From an uncultured delta proteobacterium (GTDB lineage Bacteria > Desulfobacterota > Desulfobacteria > Desulfobacterales > JAHEIW01), in the NCBI GenBank assembly GCA_963706575.1, contig CAVPNL010000001.1, positions 128,001 to 192,000 on the forward strand: DNA of 64,000 bases. The letters are read 5' to 3'. Of this stretch, positions 40,070 to 49,912 are shown in pieces. The position numbers and the translations under genes were made by a program. The notes under the pieces were generated by a model. The model saw only the letters and a program-made list of their open reading frames with translations. It was not told the DNA's origin and did no database searches. The stretch's first letter is position 1; every line of letters begins with the position of its first letter.

Positions 40070-41311
40070 ATGGGACATAATATCGGCTTAGATAATCGGT
40101 GTGATGTTGTTATTGTTGGCGGCGGCATTATTGGATGCACGGCTGCCTACTATCTGGCGAAAAAGGGATTTGATGTTATCTTGCTTGAATCAGGCGACCT
40201 GGCGAGTGGGGCGACGGGTCACAACATCGGATATATCTTCATGCATACGAGAATTCCAGGCCCCCAATTGGATTTGGCCAACGCCACCCACCGGATCGCC
40301 CCGAATTTACCTGATGAACTCGATTACGACTTCGAACTGCGTCAAAACGGCGGCATGATTTATTTCGACAGAGAGGCGCAGCTGCCCATCATGCAGGAAT
40401 TCGTCGAACAGCGCAATAAAGACGGCGTCACCATGCAATTACTGGATAAAAAGGAAGCGCTGGAGATGGCGCCGCTTCTTCCGGAAAGCACCATCGGGGC
40501 CACCTTTTGCCCTTTGGATTGCCTCGTAAACCCGACGCTTTATGTTCGTGCCTTTGCCAACGCCGCCCGAAGACATGGTGCCCTCATTCGAACCGGCACC
40601 GAGGTCCTGTCTGTCAATACGGACCAGTCTAAAGTGACCGGCGTCAAAACCGCAGAAGGGGATATTGAATCGAAATATGTGGTGCTGGCTGCCGGGGGGC
40701 GGACGACCCAGCTGACCGAAAAACTCGGGCTCAATCTGGGGATATTCTCCATGCGGCTTCAGTTGATGACTACCGCGCCCTTGGAGGAAAGACTGCTGGA
40801 TAAATGCCTGTATGGCCCCGAAAGCGCGAAACAGTACAAACTGTTTCAAGATCTGCCAAGCTATGATGATGAGGCCTTCCGGGTTGACTATGAATGGCGT
40901 TATGAAACCTTATTTCTGCAGGCCGCCAATCAAATGAAAGCAGGCAACATGCTCTTTGGCATCCCGATGGATTATCCCGCGTCGGTCGAAATCGCCAACA
41001 CGGCGGATACACGGGGTGTGGGGGTCATGGTGGAGTCGATGTACAGCAATTTTCCCGCTCTTAAAAATGCCGCTTTTGACAGGGCCTGGGGACGCGTCGT
41101 GCCCTTTACATCCGATAGTTTGCCGGTGATTGATTTTGTTCCCGAGTTCGAGGGACTGCTAATCAATTCAGGGCATACCTTTGGCAATGCAACCGGGCCG
41201 ATTTCCGGCATTTTAACCGCGGAAATGATCGCGGGTGAAAAAACATCGCTCGATGTCTCCCCATTCAGACTGAAACGCCCGGCTTTGGAGAGCATGGCGA
41301 AAGCATGGTAA
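40070..41311 (+). CDS. FAD-dependent oxidoreductase (DAO/glycine oxidase family)
   Basis: VGGGIIG, SGATGHN and DSLPVI..SGH motifs. Confidence 0.88.
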   Translation: MGHNIGLDNRCDVVIVGGGIIGCTAAYYLAKKGFDVILLESGDLASGATGHNIGYIFMHTRIPGPQLDLANATHRIAPNLPDELDYDFELRQNGGMIYFDREAQLPIMQEFVEQRNKDGVTMQLLDKKEALEMAPLLPESTIGATFCPLDCLVNPTLYVRAFANAARRHGALIRTGTEVLSVNTDQSKVTGVKTAEGDIESKYVVLAAGGRTTQLTEKLGLNLGIFSMRLQLMTTAPLEERLLDKCLYGPESAKQYKLFQDLPSYDDEAFRVDYEWRYETLFLQAANQMKAGNMLFGIPMDYPASVEIANTADTRGVGVMVESMYSNFPALKNAAFDRAWGRVVPFTSDSLPVIDFVPEFEGLLINSGHTFGNATGPISGILTAEMIAGEKTSLDVSPFRLKRPALESMAKAW

Positions 41312-41470
41312 TATCTAGTTTTGCACGGGCCGGAGACTCCCATATGCTGTGTTATTAAGGGCTCGAAGTAGTATGCTACGACTTCGCCCTTAAGTGTCTT
41401 GCCTATGGAAGCCTCCGGCCCGTGCAAAACTCAGATATTGTTAGATATTGCGTTATCTAAGCCCGGAGAT

Positions 41471-42040
41471 ATGAATATGGAAATGAAAGTGGGAGGCGAG
41501 GGCGCTATTGCAGCATCGCCGGAAGAGATATGGAACGTTATTTTTGATCCGGCCTTTATGTCGCAGGTGATTCCGGGCTGTAAAGACATTGCCCGACCGG
41601 CTGAAGACGAATACCGGATCAAGATGGTTCTGGGAATCCCCGCGGTTCAGGGGAACTATTCCGGGACCCTCAGAATTTTGAAAAAAAACCCCTTTGATAT
41701 GATAAAAGGTTCGATCGAAGGACAGGGAGGGCTAGGCAAAATCGACGGAACCTGGGAAATGCAATTTGAAAAAAGCAGTGATAAGGAAAGCAAGGTGGTT
41801 TACGCTGTCAATGTCGATATCAGCGGTCCCATGGCCAGCATGGTGGGCGGTTTTATGGAACAGGTCGCTGATTCTCTGGTCAAACAGGGACTTGAAAGTT
41901 TTAATACGGCCATCACGGGGGCCAAAGAGAATATTGCCCCGGGAACCCCCTTAACAGCAGACGCTCTGCCCAGACCGAACCTTATTAAAATGGTATGCAG
42001 GATCATTTGGGACGCCCTGATCAAGAGAATGGGGAGCTGA
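41471..42040 (+). CDS. CoxG/SRPBCC family protein
   Basis: IW..IFDP....VIPGC motif and GIPAVQGNYSG. Confidence 0.8.
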   Translation: MNMEMKVGGEGAIAASPEEIWNVIFDPAFMSQVIPGCKDIARPAEDEYRIKMVLGIPAVQGNYSGTLRILKKNPFDMIKGSIEGQGGLGKIDGTWEMQFEKSSDKESKVVYAVNVDISGPMASMVGGFMEQVADSLVKQGLESFNTAITGAKENIAPGTPLTADALPRPNLIKMVCRIIWDALIKRMGS

Positions 42041-42043
42041 CTT

Positions 42044-42532
42044 CTAATCCTCCTGGGGAGGGCGCTTGCGTTTTCCGGTGAGATGGTCGAATTCGATACA
42101 CCACACGGTGCAGGCTGCCACGACCTTGTCCGGATACTGCCAGGCATCGTTTTTGGGATAATACTGCACCATAACAGCTTCCAAGGCCGCCAGCTTTTCG
42201 GCAGGATCATCGACCATGCGGACGCGGCCAAAACCCACCACACTGGAATAGGCTACCGAGCAGTCCTGGGGCCGGTCGGCCGGCAGAAGCTGAACATCAG
42301 TGACGACGTTGAAAGAAACCTTCGGGTTCTGCGCCAGTACATCCAGCTTGAAGCCCTTTGTGGCAGAGTGAATGTAAATCAATCCGTTTAAAAAACCGTA
42401 GTTGAACGGCAGCACATATGGCTGGTCGCCTTGACACATGGCGACGCTGATGACCTCCCCCCTTTTGAGAATTTTTTCAATTTCGGATGAATCGGTGATT
42501 TCGCGATCTTTCTTACGCATCGCTACTTTCAT
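42044..42532 (-). CDS. Pyridoxamine 5'-phosphate oxidase-like flavin-binding protein (NimA-like)
   Basis: MRKKDREI, PYVLPFNY..IYIHSA..G.K..NPKVSF, YSSVVGFG and TGK motifs. Confidence 0.88.
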   Translation of the reverse strand: MKVAMRKKDREITDSSEIEKILKRGEVISVAMCQGDQPYVLPFNYGFLNGLIYIHSATKGFKLDVLAQNPKVSFNVVTDVQLLPADRPQDCSVAYSSVVGFGRVRMVDDPAEKLAALEAVMVQYYPKNDAWQYPDKVVAACTVWCIEFDHLTGKRKRPPQED

Positions 42533-42611
42533 AATAATCCTCCTTGGTCACGTCTGCATCGATTTCGGATATCACTATATTAAAATGTATTTATGAGTAA
42601 CGGTTAACGAT

Positions 42612-43496
42612 TTAATCCTGAGCATCCATTCGATCAGATGTTTTGCTTTGGCCCAGCATCACAATTATCGCCACACCGGTAATAACCACCACTCCGCCGA
42701 TCAAGATCCGAATACTTGGGCGCTCACCTAAAAATAGCACCGCACCCACGATCGAAGTTACGGGGAGCAGCAAAAGAAACGGTACCACCTGGTTAACGTC
42801 ATATTTTTTAAGAAGATGATACCAGATCCCATACCCCAGTGCCGTCATCACAATCCCCATGTAAATAACCGATCCCCATCCGATCAGGGTTGCATTTTTT
42901 AGCAAACTGAGGTGGTCGCTCTCCAAGACGAGAGAGGAGGCAAGCATCTGCGGGCCTGCAAAAACGGAAACCCAGGCAATGAGGTGAAAGCCGGTGATCG
43001 TAAGCATTTTTTTGATCATCGTCTGACCAATCGCCCAGGTAAATACACCGGCGATAACCAGAAAGGCCGGAAACAATTGATTTCTTAAGCTCGGCGCTCC
43101 GGCGATCAGCCCGACTCCCAAAAAAGCCACAACCATTCCGCAAGCACGCTTCCAGCCGAGTTTGTCATTTAAAAAAATTGCAGCACAAGCTGCAGTGAAT
43201 GGGACCTCCAGTTGCATAAATAAGACAGCCGTAGAGGCATCCAATCCGGCTAAACCGTAAAATGTCAGACCATATTGAATGGTGGCGCTAACCAGCGCAA
43301 TAAGAAAAATCGCTCGAAGCTGTCCAATTGGAGGCGGGAAAAACCAGACCAACAACACACCGGATACGATGAAACGCATGCTCATTAAAAAAAGTGGTGG
43401 GAATTCGTCCAACCCAGCTTTTGCAAAGGTAATTCCAATTCCCCAGATGATCGGTACCGACAGTGCCAATCCGATGTCTCTTAGCGTAATCCGCAT
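42612..43496 (-). CDS. EamA/DMT family transporter
   Basis: About ten TM helices; IIWG, FPPLF..RF and FLGE motifs. Confidence 0.9.
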   Translation of the reverse strand: MRITLRDIGLALSVPIIWGIGITFAKAGLDEFPPLFLMSMRFIVSGVLLVWFFPPPIGQLRAIFLIALVSATIQYGLTFYGLAGLDASTAVLFMQLEVPFTAACAAIFLNDKLGWKRACGMVVAFLGVGLIAGAPSLRNQLFPAFLVIAGVFTWAIGQTMIKKMLTITGFHLIAWVSVFAGPQMLASSLVLESDHLSLLKNATLIGWGSVIYMGIVMTALGYGIWYHLLKKYDVNQVVPFLLLLPVTSIVGAVLFLGERPSIRILIGGVVVITGVAIIVMLGQSKTSDRMDAQD

Positions 43497-43573
43497 CCTT
43501 TAAAATCCGACTCCCATTCCGTTTCCATTCTCACATCACCTCGCCTGCGGGGTTTCTCTGTACCGCATTCGGT

Positions 43574-44329
43574 TCATCCCATCGACATTCCGCCATTGAC
43601 GCGCAAGACCTGCCCGGTGATATAAGCGGCATCGTCCGAGGCCAGGAAGGCCATCGCAGCTGCAATCTCTTCAGGTTTTCCGTAACGCCGCATCGGAATA
43701 ATTTTGAGTGCTTCTTCCAGGCCTTGCGCATCGATATCATCAAACATCTCGGTGGCGATATAACCCGGAGAAACCGCATTGACCGTAATGCCCTGGGGTG
43801 CCAGCTCGGCTGCCATCGGCCGCAGCATCATAACGATCCCGCCCTTGGAGGCCGTGCAGACGCTATATTTATTTCCACCGAAATCGGCAATCTCGGTGAT
43901 GCAGGAACCGGTTGCAATGATCCGACCGTACTTGCGTTCCAACATATGGGGCAGGACGGCCCGGGAGACATTGAAAAAGCCTCTGAGATTTGTATTTATG
44001 GCGCGCTCCCAATCCTCGTCCTGACTCTCAACAAAGGGTTTGTCGATGATGATGCCGGCATTGCTTACCAGAATATCTACTTTGCCAAAGGCTTTAATCG
44101 TTTCGGCGATAAGCTGCTCCGCCTGCTCTCGTTGGGATACATCCGCCATGATGACCGTGGCTTTCCCCCCGGCCGCGTGTATTTCTGCCGCCACGGCCTC
44201 TCCCTTTTCTTTGCTTGTCACTCCATTAATCGCGACCCTGGCACCATCACGGGCAAAACGGTGCGCAATTCCCCTGCCGATACCTCTCGTACTTCCCGTT
44301 ACAATGGCAACCTTGCCTTCTAAGTCCAT
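43574..44329 (-). CDS. Short-chain dehydrogenase/reductase (FabG-like)
   Basis: TGSTRGIG, NAG and VNAVSPG motifs; catalytic motif reads CTASK instead of YxxxK. Confidence 0.88.
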   Translation of the reverse strand: MDLEGKVAIVTGSTRGIGRGIAHRFARDGARVAINGVTSKEKGEAVAAEIHAAGGKATVIMADVSQREQAEQLIAETIKAFGKVDILVSNAGIIIDKPFVESQDEDWERAINTNLRGFFNVSRAVLPHMLERKYGRIIATGSCITEIADFGGNKYSVCTASKGGIVMMLRPMAAELAPQGITVNAVSPGYIATEMFDDIDAQGLEEALKIIPMRRYGKPEEIAAAMAFLASDDAAYITGQVLRVNGGMSMG

Positions 44330-44812
44330 AATCCCCTCCTTTACAAACTTTCAAGGTTTATTGTCGATCTTTCAAATGAAAATCAAATAAATAAAACATT
44401 ATTTTTAGATGAGGATTTTTAAATGCGCCAGGATGGAATCATATAACGGCGACATGATTTGATTACAGGACATAGGTGGTGATAATCAAGATTTAAATTA
44501 ATTCGCTTAAGAATAAGCTATGGATACAAAATCTGGGGAAATTGTATCTTCAATTTTCACATTTAAAAAAAAATCAGCTCATCCAAGTTTTAGCTTAGAC
44601 ACGATGTCCAAAATAAACTAAGGCCTCAAAAAGTGTGTATTCGCCATGTCTAATCTGTAAAATCAAGAGTCGTGGTTGAGGCACTTTTCTTAAATCAAAA
44701 TTTTTGAACCTTTTATGCCCTATCATATTTAAAAATTCTTGCGATATAAATTTGAAACATGTAATTTCAAGTGGGTTCGGTCGTTCGGGTTCAAGTCAAA
44801 AGGAGATTTCAT

Positions 44813-45376
44813 ATGACATACGAGGAGATTATCCAGTTTCACGGACATGAATGCCCGGGGCTTGCCATAGGCTACAGAATGGCTACCGCAGCAATGGAAA
44901 ATCTTGAATCTTTTCCTGCTGAAGATGAAGAACTGGTTGCAATAGTGGAGAATGATGCTTGCGGGGTTGACGCCTTACAGTGTGTTACTGGCTGCACCTT
45001 CGGTAAGGGAAATTTGCAGTTCCGTGATTACGGGAAGCACGTTTATACCATATATTCCCGATCGTCACGATCAGGTGTTCGTGTGCATTTTCATGGGAAT
45101 GATATTCCAGAAAGCTTACGCGAAGATCGAAAAGCCCTTAGCGATTGGATCCTATCTGCATCCAACGACAGTATCCTTTCTGTGACCCAAACTTCCATTC
45201 CCGAACCTGAATCTGCAAAAATCCGCGAGTCAATACCATGTGCGTTTTGCGGTGAGAACGTCATGGAATCCCGCATTCAGCAATTGCGTAAAAAGCCAGC
45301 TTGCATTCCATGTTACGAGAAGCTACGGAAGTTCAACCAAAACGATGAGGCAGGGATCGACAATTCGCGCCTTTGA
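44813..45376 (+). CDS. FmdE family protein with C-terminal zinc finger
   Basis: FHGHECPGLAIG, CGVDALQCVTGCTFGKGN and CAFCGE..CIPC motifs. Confidence 0.92.
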   Translation: MTYEEIIQFHGHECPGLAIGYRMATAAMENLESFPAEDEELVAIVENDACGVDALQCVTGCTFGKGNLQFRDYGKHVYTIYSRSSRSGVRVHFHGNDIPESLREDRKALSDWILSASNDSILSVTQTSIPEPESAKIRESIPCAFCGENVMESRIQQLRKKPACIPCYEKLRKFNQNDEAGIDNSRL

Positions 45377-45530
45377 TATCTGGGTTTTAATGCACAATCA
45401 TGATATCTGCAATATTGATAAACCTGTAATACTCTCAATATATCAAAAATTGAACTGTTTTGGAATTTCTGACAGTATGATTAAATTTATCAAACTCGAA
45501 TGAAAGTTCATCAATAAATGGAGGAAATAC

Positions 45531-45956
45531 ATGAAAAAATTATTTCGGTACAGAAAATCTGTTGGCTTAATCATGTTAATTTCAACATTTATGCTATACT
45601 TCTCGCCATCCCCTGCGCGGGCCGTTATGATAAATACTCGGTACGTAATTCATCAGGATTCTGAACAGCTTTATGCCAGGGCGAAAGTAAAAGCCTTTCT
45701 TTTAAGGGCGGATGTGATGGCACAAATGCAGACTTATGGAATTAATCCCACGGAAGCGCTATCCCGAGTTGATAGCCTGACAGATTGCGAAATTGCATCA
45801 ATAGCAGGCAAGATGGATCAGATACCAGCAGGAGCTGGAGACAATTATACAATGGATGGTCGCTTGTTAATGTTTATTGGCATGGCCATTTATGCAATCA
45901 TAGCTGCGATCGTAATATATTTTTCGTCTAACTCCGACAAGGAAGAGAAACCATAA
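45531..45956 (+). CDS. PA2779-like secreted/membrane protein
   Basis: Signal ending ARA; R.DV..Q....GI.P.EA..RVDSLTD.E..PAGA; C-terminal TM helix. Confidence 0.75.
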   Translation: MKKLFRYRKSVGLIMLISTFMLYFSPSPARAVMINTRYVIHQDSEQLYARAKVKAFLLRADVMAQMQTYGINPTEALSRVDSLTDCEIASIAGKMDQIPAGAGDNYTMDGRLLMFIGMAIYAIIAAIVIYFSSNSDKEEKP

Positions 45957-46089
45957 TCAAGGCTTTTGGATGCCGATAACGTCGTCATAATTGTTGGAAG
46001 TAAAGAATGATACTTTCCTGAGAAAAAATGAATGGGTGCATTTATTTAATTTCTAAGCCCGGAATTTTATATCATCAAATGCGGATATG

Positions 46090-46125
46090 ATATCACAAGT
46101 TGCCCGATTTAGTGATATTCTCAAT
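46090..46125 (+). repeat. 36-bp intergenic motif, copy 1
   Basis: ATATCACAAGTTGCCCGATTTAGTGATATTCTCAAT. Confidence 0.8.
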
Positions 46126-46240
46126 GTATCACCATGTGATTGTAGCGAGCTCGCCAGTGATTAAATAATTTGATACAAGCATAAATGTCGTATCACCATC
46201 ATTATTGGGTGGTATAACACCTGAAAAAAGGAGGTGTAAC

Positions 46241-46405
46241 ATGCCCACATATGAGTTTTACTGTGAAAAATGTAAAAAATCCTTTAGCATAGTCCTTTCT
46301 ATTTCCGAATATGAAAAGAAAAAATACAGTTGCCCAAAGTGTAAAGCCAAAAAATTGAAGCAACAAATTTCATCCTTTCAGACGGTAACTTCAAAAAAAA
46401 GTTAA
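46241..46405 (+). CDS. FmdB family zinc-ribbon protein, copy 1
   Basis: MPTYEFYCEKC..CPKC; AGGAGG RBS. Confidence 0.9.
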   Translation: MPTYEFYCEKCKKSFSIVLSISEYEKKKYSCPKCKAKKLKQQISSFQTVTSKKS

Positions 46406-46441
46406 CTATTATTGAGATACTGTTCTCAGAAAATGGGGATA

Positions 46442-46477
46442 ATATCACAAGTTCCTTGTTTTGGTGATACTCTCAAT
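46442..46477 (+). repeat. 36-bp intergenic motif, copy 2
   Basis: ATATCACAAGTTCCTTGTTTTGGTGATACTCTCAAT. Confidence 0.8.
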
Positions 46478-46539
46478 ATATCTCTAATTTGCGATATTGG
46501 GAATTTTAGATTTCACCCTATGCATTTCAGTCGAATAAA

Positions 46540-46983
46540 ATGATGGTAAAAAAAACACTATATAGAATACTTATATTCGATGATTCAGAAGAAATTCGAT
46601 CTTTATTATATGATTTTTTCAATAAAAGAGGATATGAGGTTTTTTCTTTCCCTAATCCCGCCGTTTGCCCAATATCTCACGAAAAAATATGTCCCTGTCC
46701 AACTGGAGTAGCTTGTTCTGATTTTATTTTATCGGACTTAAACATGCCAGTTCAACAAGGTATAGATTTCTTAGAAGGGCAAATACGTAAAGGTTGTCAG
46801 TGTAAAAATATGATTTTGATGTCTGGAGATTTTACTGAAAACGATATTGTACGAGCAAGATCTATTGGATTGATGCTTTTAAGAAAGCCTTTTGGTATTA
46901 CAGAAATTTTAGAATGGATAGAAAGCATAGAAAAAACTATTGACCCTGATAGAAAATTATCAGATTGGTTTCTTAAAAAATGA
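46540..46983 (+). CDS. Single-domain response regulator with a Cys-rich insert
   Basis: ILIFDD, SDLNMP..G, MSG and KPF motifs. Confidence 0.85.
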   Translation: MMVKKTLYRILIFDDSEEIRSLLYDFFNKRGYEVFSFPNPAVCPISHEKICPCPTGVACSDFILSDLNMPVQQGIDFLEGQIRKGCQCKNMILMSGDFTENDIVRARSIGLMLLRKPFGITEILEWIESIEKTIDPDRKLSDWFLKK

Positions 46984-47232
46984 GTATGATATCCCAAGCT
47001 ACGATGTTTCTTTGATCAATGTATCACCAGTTTCGAGAATGCCTAATTTTGATTAAATAAGCCCATCCATTTGGGTATAAATGCGTATAAAATATTCCTG
47101 TTTTTTTAACCTAACGAACTGCTTCTTACATGGAATCAAATGCTCCTTCTTTTCTGATTCTTACGTTTTATCAATAAAATTTTATCCTGAGTTCAAAAGC
47201 ATGAAACCTTTTGAAATGAGGAGGGCTAAAAA

Positions 47233-48003
47233 ATGGTAAAGTGGAAATATTTTAAACCAATCCTTTTTTTATTATTTTGTTTTGCTTTTTCATTCGCTCT
47301 ATTTGTTGTTGAGGGAGTAGCCGAAGAAACTGTTAATATAACGACTGATGATGGTCAAAAGCTCAAGAGCACATACTTTGCACCATCGACTCCAAATGCA
47401 CCGGGTGTCATTTTATTACCTGACACAAGATGTGATAGAATGAATTTCGGCTCAATCCCAAGAAAACTTAATGAAGCTGGTTTTGCTGTTTTGGCATTGG
47501 ATCTCAGGTACAAAGATATTATCGCTAAGGCAGGAAGTCGAAAGAAACAAATTAGCACAATCCAGAAGCAGGATTTAATGGCTCTTGTAAAATACGATAC
47601 AAAAAGCGCTATTAATCTCTTAACCGGCAAAAAGCAAGTAGATCCAGAACGTATTGCTCTAATCGGTACAAGTCTTGGGTCGAGAGTGGCTATAATAGCC
47701 GGAGTTGAATACGACTTAAAAGCATTGGTATTAATTTCACTTTCTGGAGAAGTTGCATTTCCGGATTATAAGCCTATCAAAGAGCTTTTGTCAGATTATG
47801 GAGAGAAACCAATTCTTTTCATGACAGCAGAAAAAGATTGGGGTGGAAACGGAAAAGCTGCTGAACACAATAAGCTATATTACGAATGGAAAAATGGAAA
47901 AAAAGAATTAAAGATTTGGTCAGGATCTGGACATGGAGTTGAAATTCTTAAAAAAAATGAATCTATTAACTTCGTAATTTCATGGCTAAAAAATAATCTC
48001 TAA
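47233..48003 (+). CDS. Secreted alpha/beta hydrolase
   Basis: Signal peptide; GTSLG nucleophile motif, AEKD and GHG. Confidence 0.85.
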   Translation: MVKWKYFKPILFLLFCFAFSFALFVVEGVAEETVNITTDDGQKLKSTYFAPSTPNAPGVILLPDTRCDRMNFGSIPRKLNEAGFAVLALDLRYKDIIAKAGSRKKQISTIQKQDLMALVKYDTKSAINLLTGKKQVDPERIALIGTSLGSRVAIIAGVEYDLKALVLISLSGEVAFPDYKPIKELLSDYGEKPILFMTAEKDWGGNGKAAEHNKLYYEWKNGKKELKIWSGSGHGVEILKKNESINFVISWLKNNL

Positions 48004-48111
48004 AAATTGACTCAAATAAATGCCGGTAAAAAAACGTATCAGAAGTTTCTTTGCGTTTTTAAAATCTGCGATATCTCCGACAAAGTACAAATATCAGGTT
48101 GCTAAATTTTT

Positions 48112-48415
48112 TGTGATATTCGATTTTAATCACAACTCAGAAGGGTGAATCTGGGCCGATAGATTTGCCCTTTTTATTGCCTCAAAGCCGCATTTTTCGG
48201 GCCTATGATTTGACAGTAGATTTTAAAATGCGATACGGTGCAGATATCCATATCGTACCTGAAAAATTGCGATATTTGGGTTTCTCTCAATATACATGTA
48301 GTTTTGACGAAGCTGTATTTTGGCAAAATAATTTGAGTTTTTAGAGAATTTAAATTTTTGTGATTACATCTACATATCCTTAGTTTGGGGATATTTGTGA
48401 TATTTTAGGATATCA
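48112..48415 (+). repeat. ~300-bp non-coding direct repeat, copy A
   Basis: Colinear with 54603-54905; roughly 85-90% identical by eye. Confidence 0.9.
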
Positions 48416-48532
48416 AAAGTTTTTGGGAAATTAGAAGTTCACAAATATTGTGTTATATAGAATCTACGATATTGAATATCATAGATTATACCTAATACAT
48501 GTTCGACAAACAAAAATAATTGGAGAGTAACA

Positions 48533-49021
48533 ATGGCAAAAAATATTTCTTTTGGACATTTACTTATTTTATTATGCATTTTTTTTGTTTCGCCCCTTTC
48601 ATTATATGCTGCTGAGAAAAATATTGAATTATCGAAAGGCCAGAGTATTTATGTACCTGCCTATTCACATATATACAGCGGTAATCGGGAAAGTCCCTTC
48701 TTATTGACGGTGACATTGAGCATCAGAAACATTGATCCGAAGCATCAAATCAAAATCACCTTGGTCGATTATTACGAAACACAAGGTAAACTATTAAAAA
48801 AACATATAGATAAGCCAGTAACATTAAACCCATTAGAATCTTTACGCTATGTGATACCAGAAAGAGACAAAAGTGGGGGATCAGGCGCCAATTTTATCGT
48901 TGAATGGCAATCCGATAAATTTGTTAATCCACCCATTGTTGAATCAATAATGATTGGTACGCAAGCGCAACAAGGGATTTCTTTTACCTCTCGTGGTAAA
49001 GAAATTTATACCACTGAATAA
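48533..49021 (+). CDS. DUF3124 family protein (integron-type cassette gene)
   Basis: YVPAYSHIY, TLSIRN and GGSGANFIVEW motifs; bounded by GTTCGAC at 48501 and an attC. Confidence 0.88.
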   Translation: MAKNISFGHLLILLCIFFVSPLSLYAAEKNIELSKGQSIYVPAYSHIYSGNRESPFLLTVTLSIRNIDPKHQIKITLVDYYETQGKLLKKHIDKPVTLNPLESLRYVIPERDKSGGSGANFIVEWQSDKFVNPPIVESIMIGTQAQQGISFTSRGKEIYTTE

Positions 49022-49029
49022 TGATGGGT

Positions 49030-49091
49030 GTCGAACAAGGCTTTTGCAGCGGAGCGCCAAAAGCCGCGCCCGCTGAAAAGCAACGTTAATC
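49030..49091 (+). mobile_element. Integron attC site
   Basis: R'' GTCGAAC; L'' arm CTTTTGCAGCGG pairs with CCGCTGAAAAG leaving one extrahelical base; R' GTTAATC; R'' is complementary to GTTCGAC at the cassette start. Confidence 0.82.
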
Positions 49092-49571
49092 AAGATACCT
49101 TCAACATACGCAAGCTGTGGGTGAACCTTTGATATCTCTTATAGTATCTGTAAAAAAATTGTCACCGTAATAGGACAGATACTGTAAACGTATCAAAGGG
49201 CAAACTCCTTTTGAACTATCTGCAAAAATCATATGAATAAACGCTTTACAAAACCGTTGATATCTCCAACTAATCGGCAAAATTGATGGCTTTAAAAAAA
49301 CTGTGATATCATATGAGGATATCTGTAATTTCGGTGAAATTCAGATTATTTCAATGTATCAGTACTTTCAAGAACTCCCAATAATGGTTGACCAAATCCC
49401 ATTGATTTGGGTATAAACACATCTAATGAATCTCTGATTTTCCTATTCCAACTGACCTGTAGCGGTTCTCTATTTTCAGAATCGAATCCTCTTCCTGAAC
49501 TGGCTTTTACACTCCTCCTAAAGTCCACATAATGAGTTTATCTGTTTGAACCCGATAAAAGGAGGTGTAAC

Positions 49572-49736
49572 ATGCCCACATATGAATTTTACTGTGAAAA
49601 ATGCAAAAATTCTTTTAGTATTGTCCTTTCTTTTTCAGAATATGAAAAGAAAAAATACAGATGCCCAAAGTGTAAAGCCAAAAAATTGAAACAACAAATT
49701 TCATCCTTTCAGACGGTAACTTCAAAAAAAAGTTAA
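49572..49736 (+). CDS. FmdB family zinc-ribbon protein, copy 2 (absent from the ORF track)
   Basis: MPTYEFYCEKCKNSFSIVLSFSEYEKKKYRCPKC..; near-identical to 46241-46405, same RBS. Confidence 0.9.
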   Translation: MPTYEFYCEKCKNSFSIVLSFSEYEKKKYRCPKCKAKKLKQQISSFQTVTSKKS

Positions 49737-49772
49737 CAGTAATTGAGATACTGTTCACGGAAACTGGTATTA

Positions 49773-49808
49773 ATATCACAAGTTTCCAGTTTTGGTGATA
49801 TTCTCAAT
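49773..49808 (+). repeat. 36-bp intergenic motif, copy 3
   Basis: ATATCACAAGTTTCCAGTTTTGGTGATATTCTCAAT. Confidence 0.8.
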
Positions 49809-49912
49809 CGTTAACTGGCTGATATTTGGTTTTCTTTTAGACTATCACCACCAGCCGGAACCTTAAATTAGAAATATCTTGTACATCATTAAATATGAAA
49901 GGAGTAAAAACG

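Noticed and set aside
49346..49528. 60-aa minus-strand ORF
   Set aside because: No recognisable motif or RBS; possibly a gene fragment, but not supportable.
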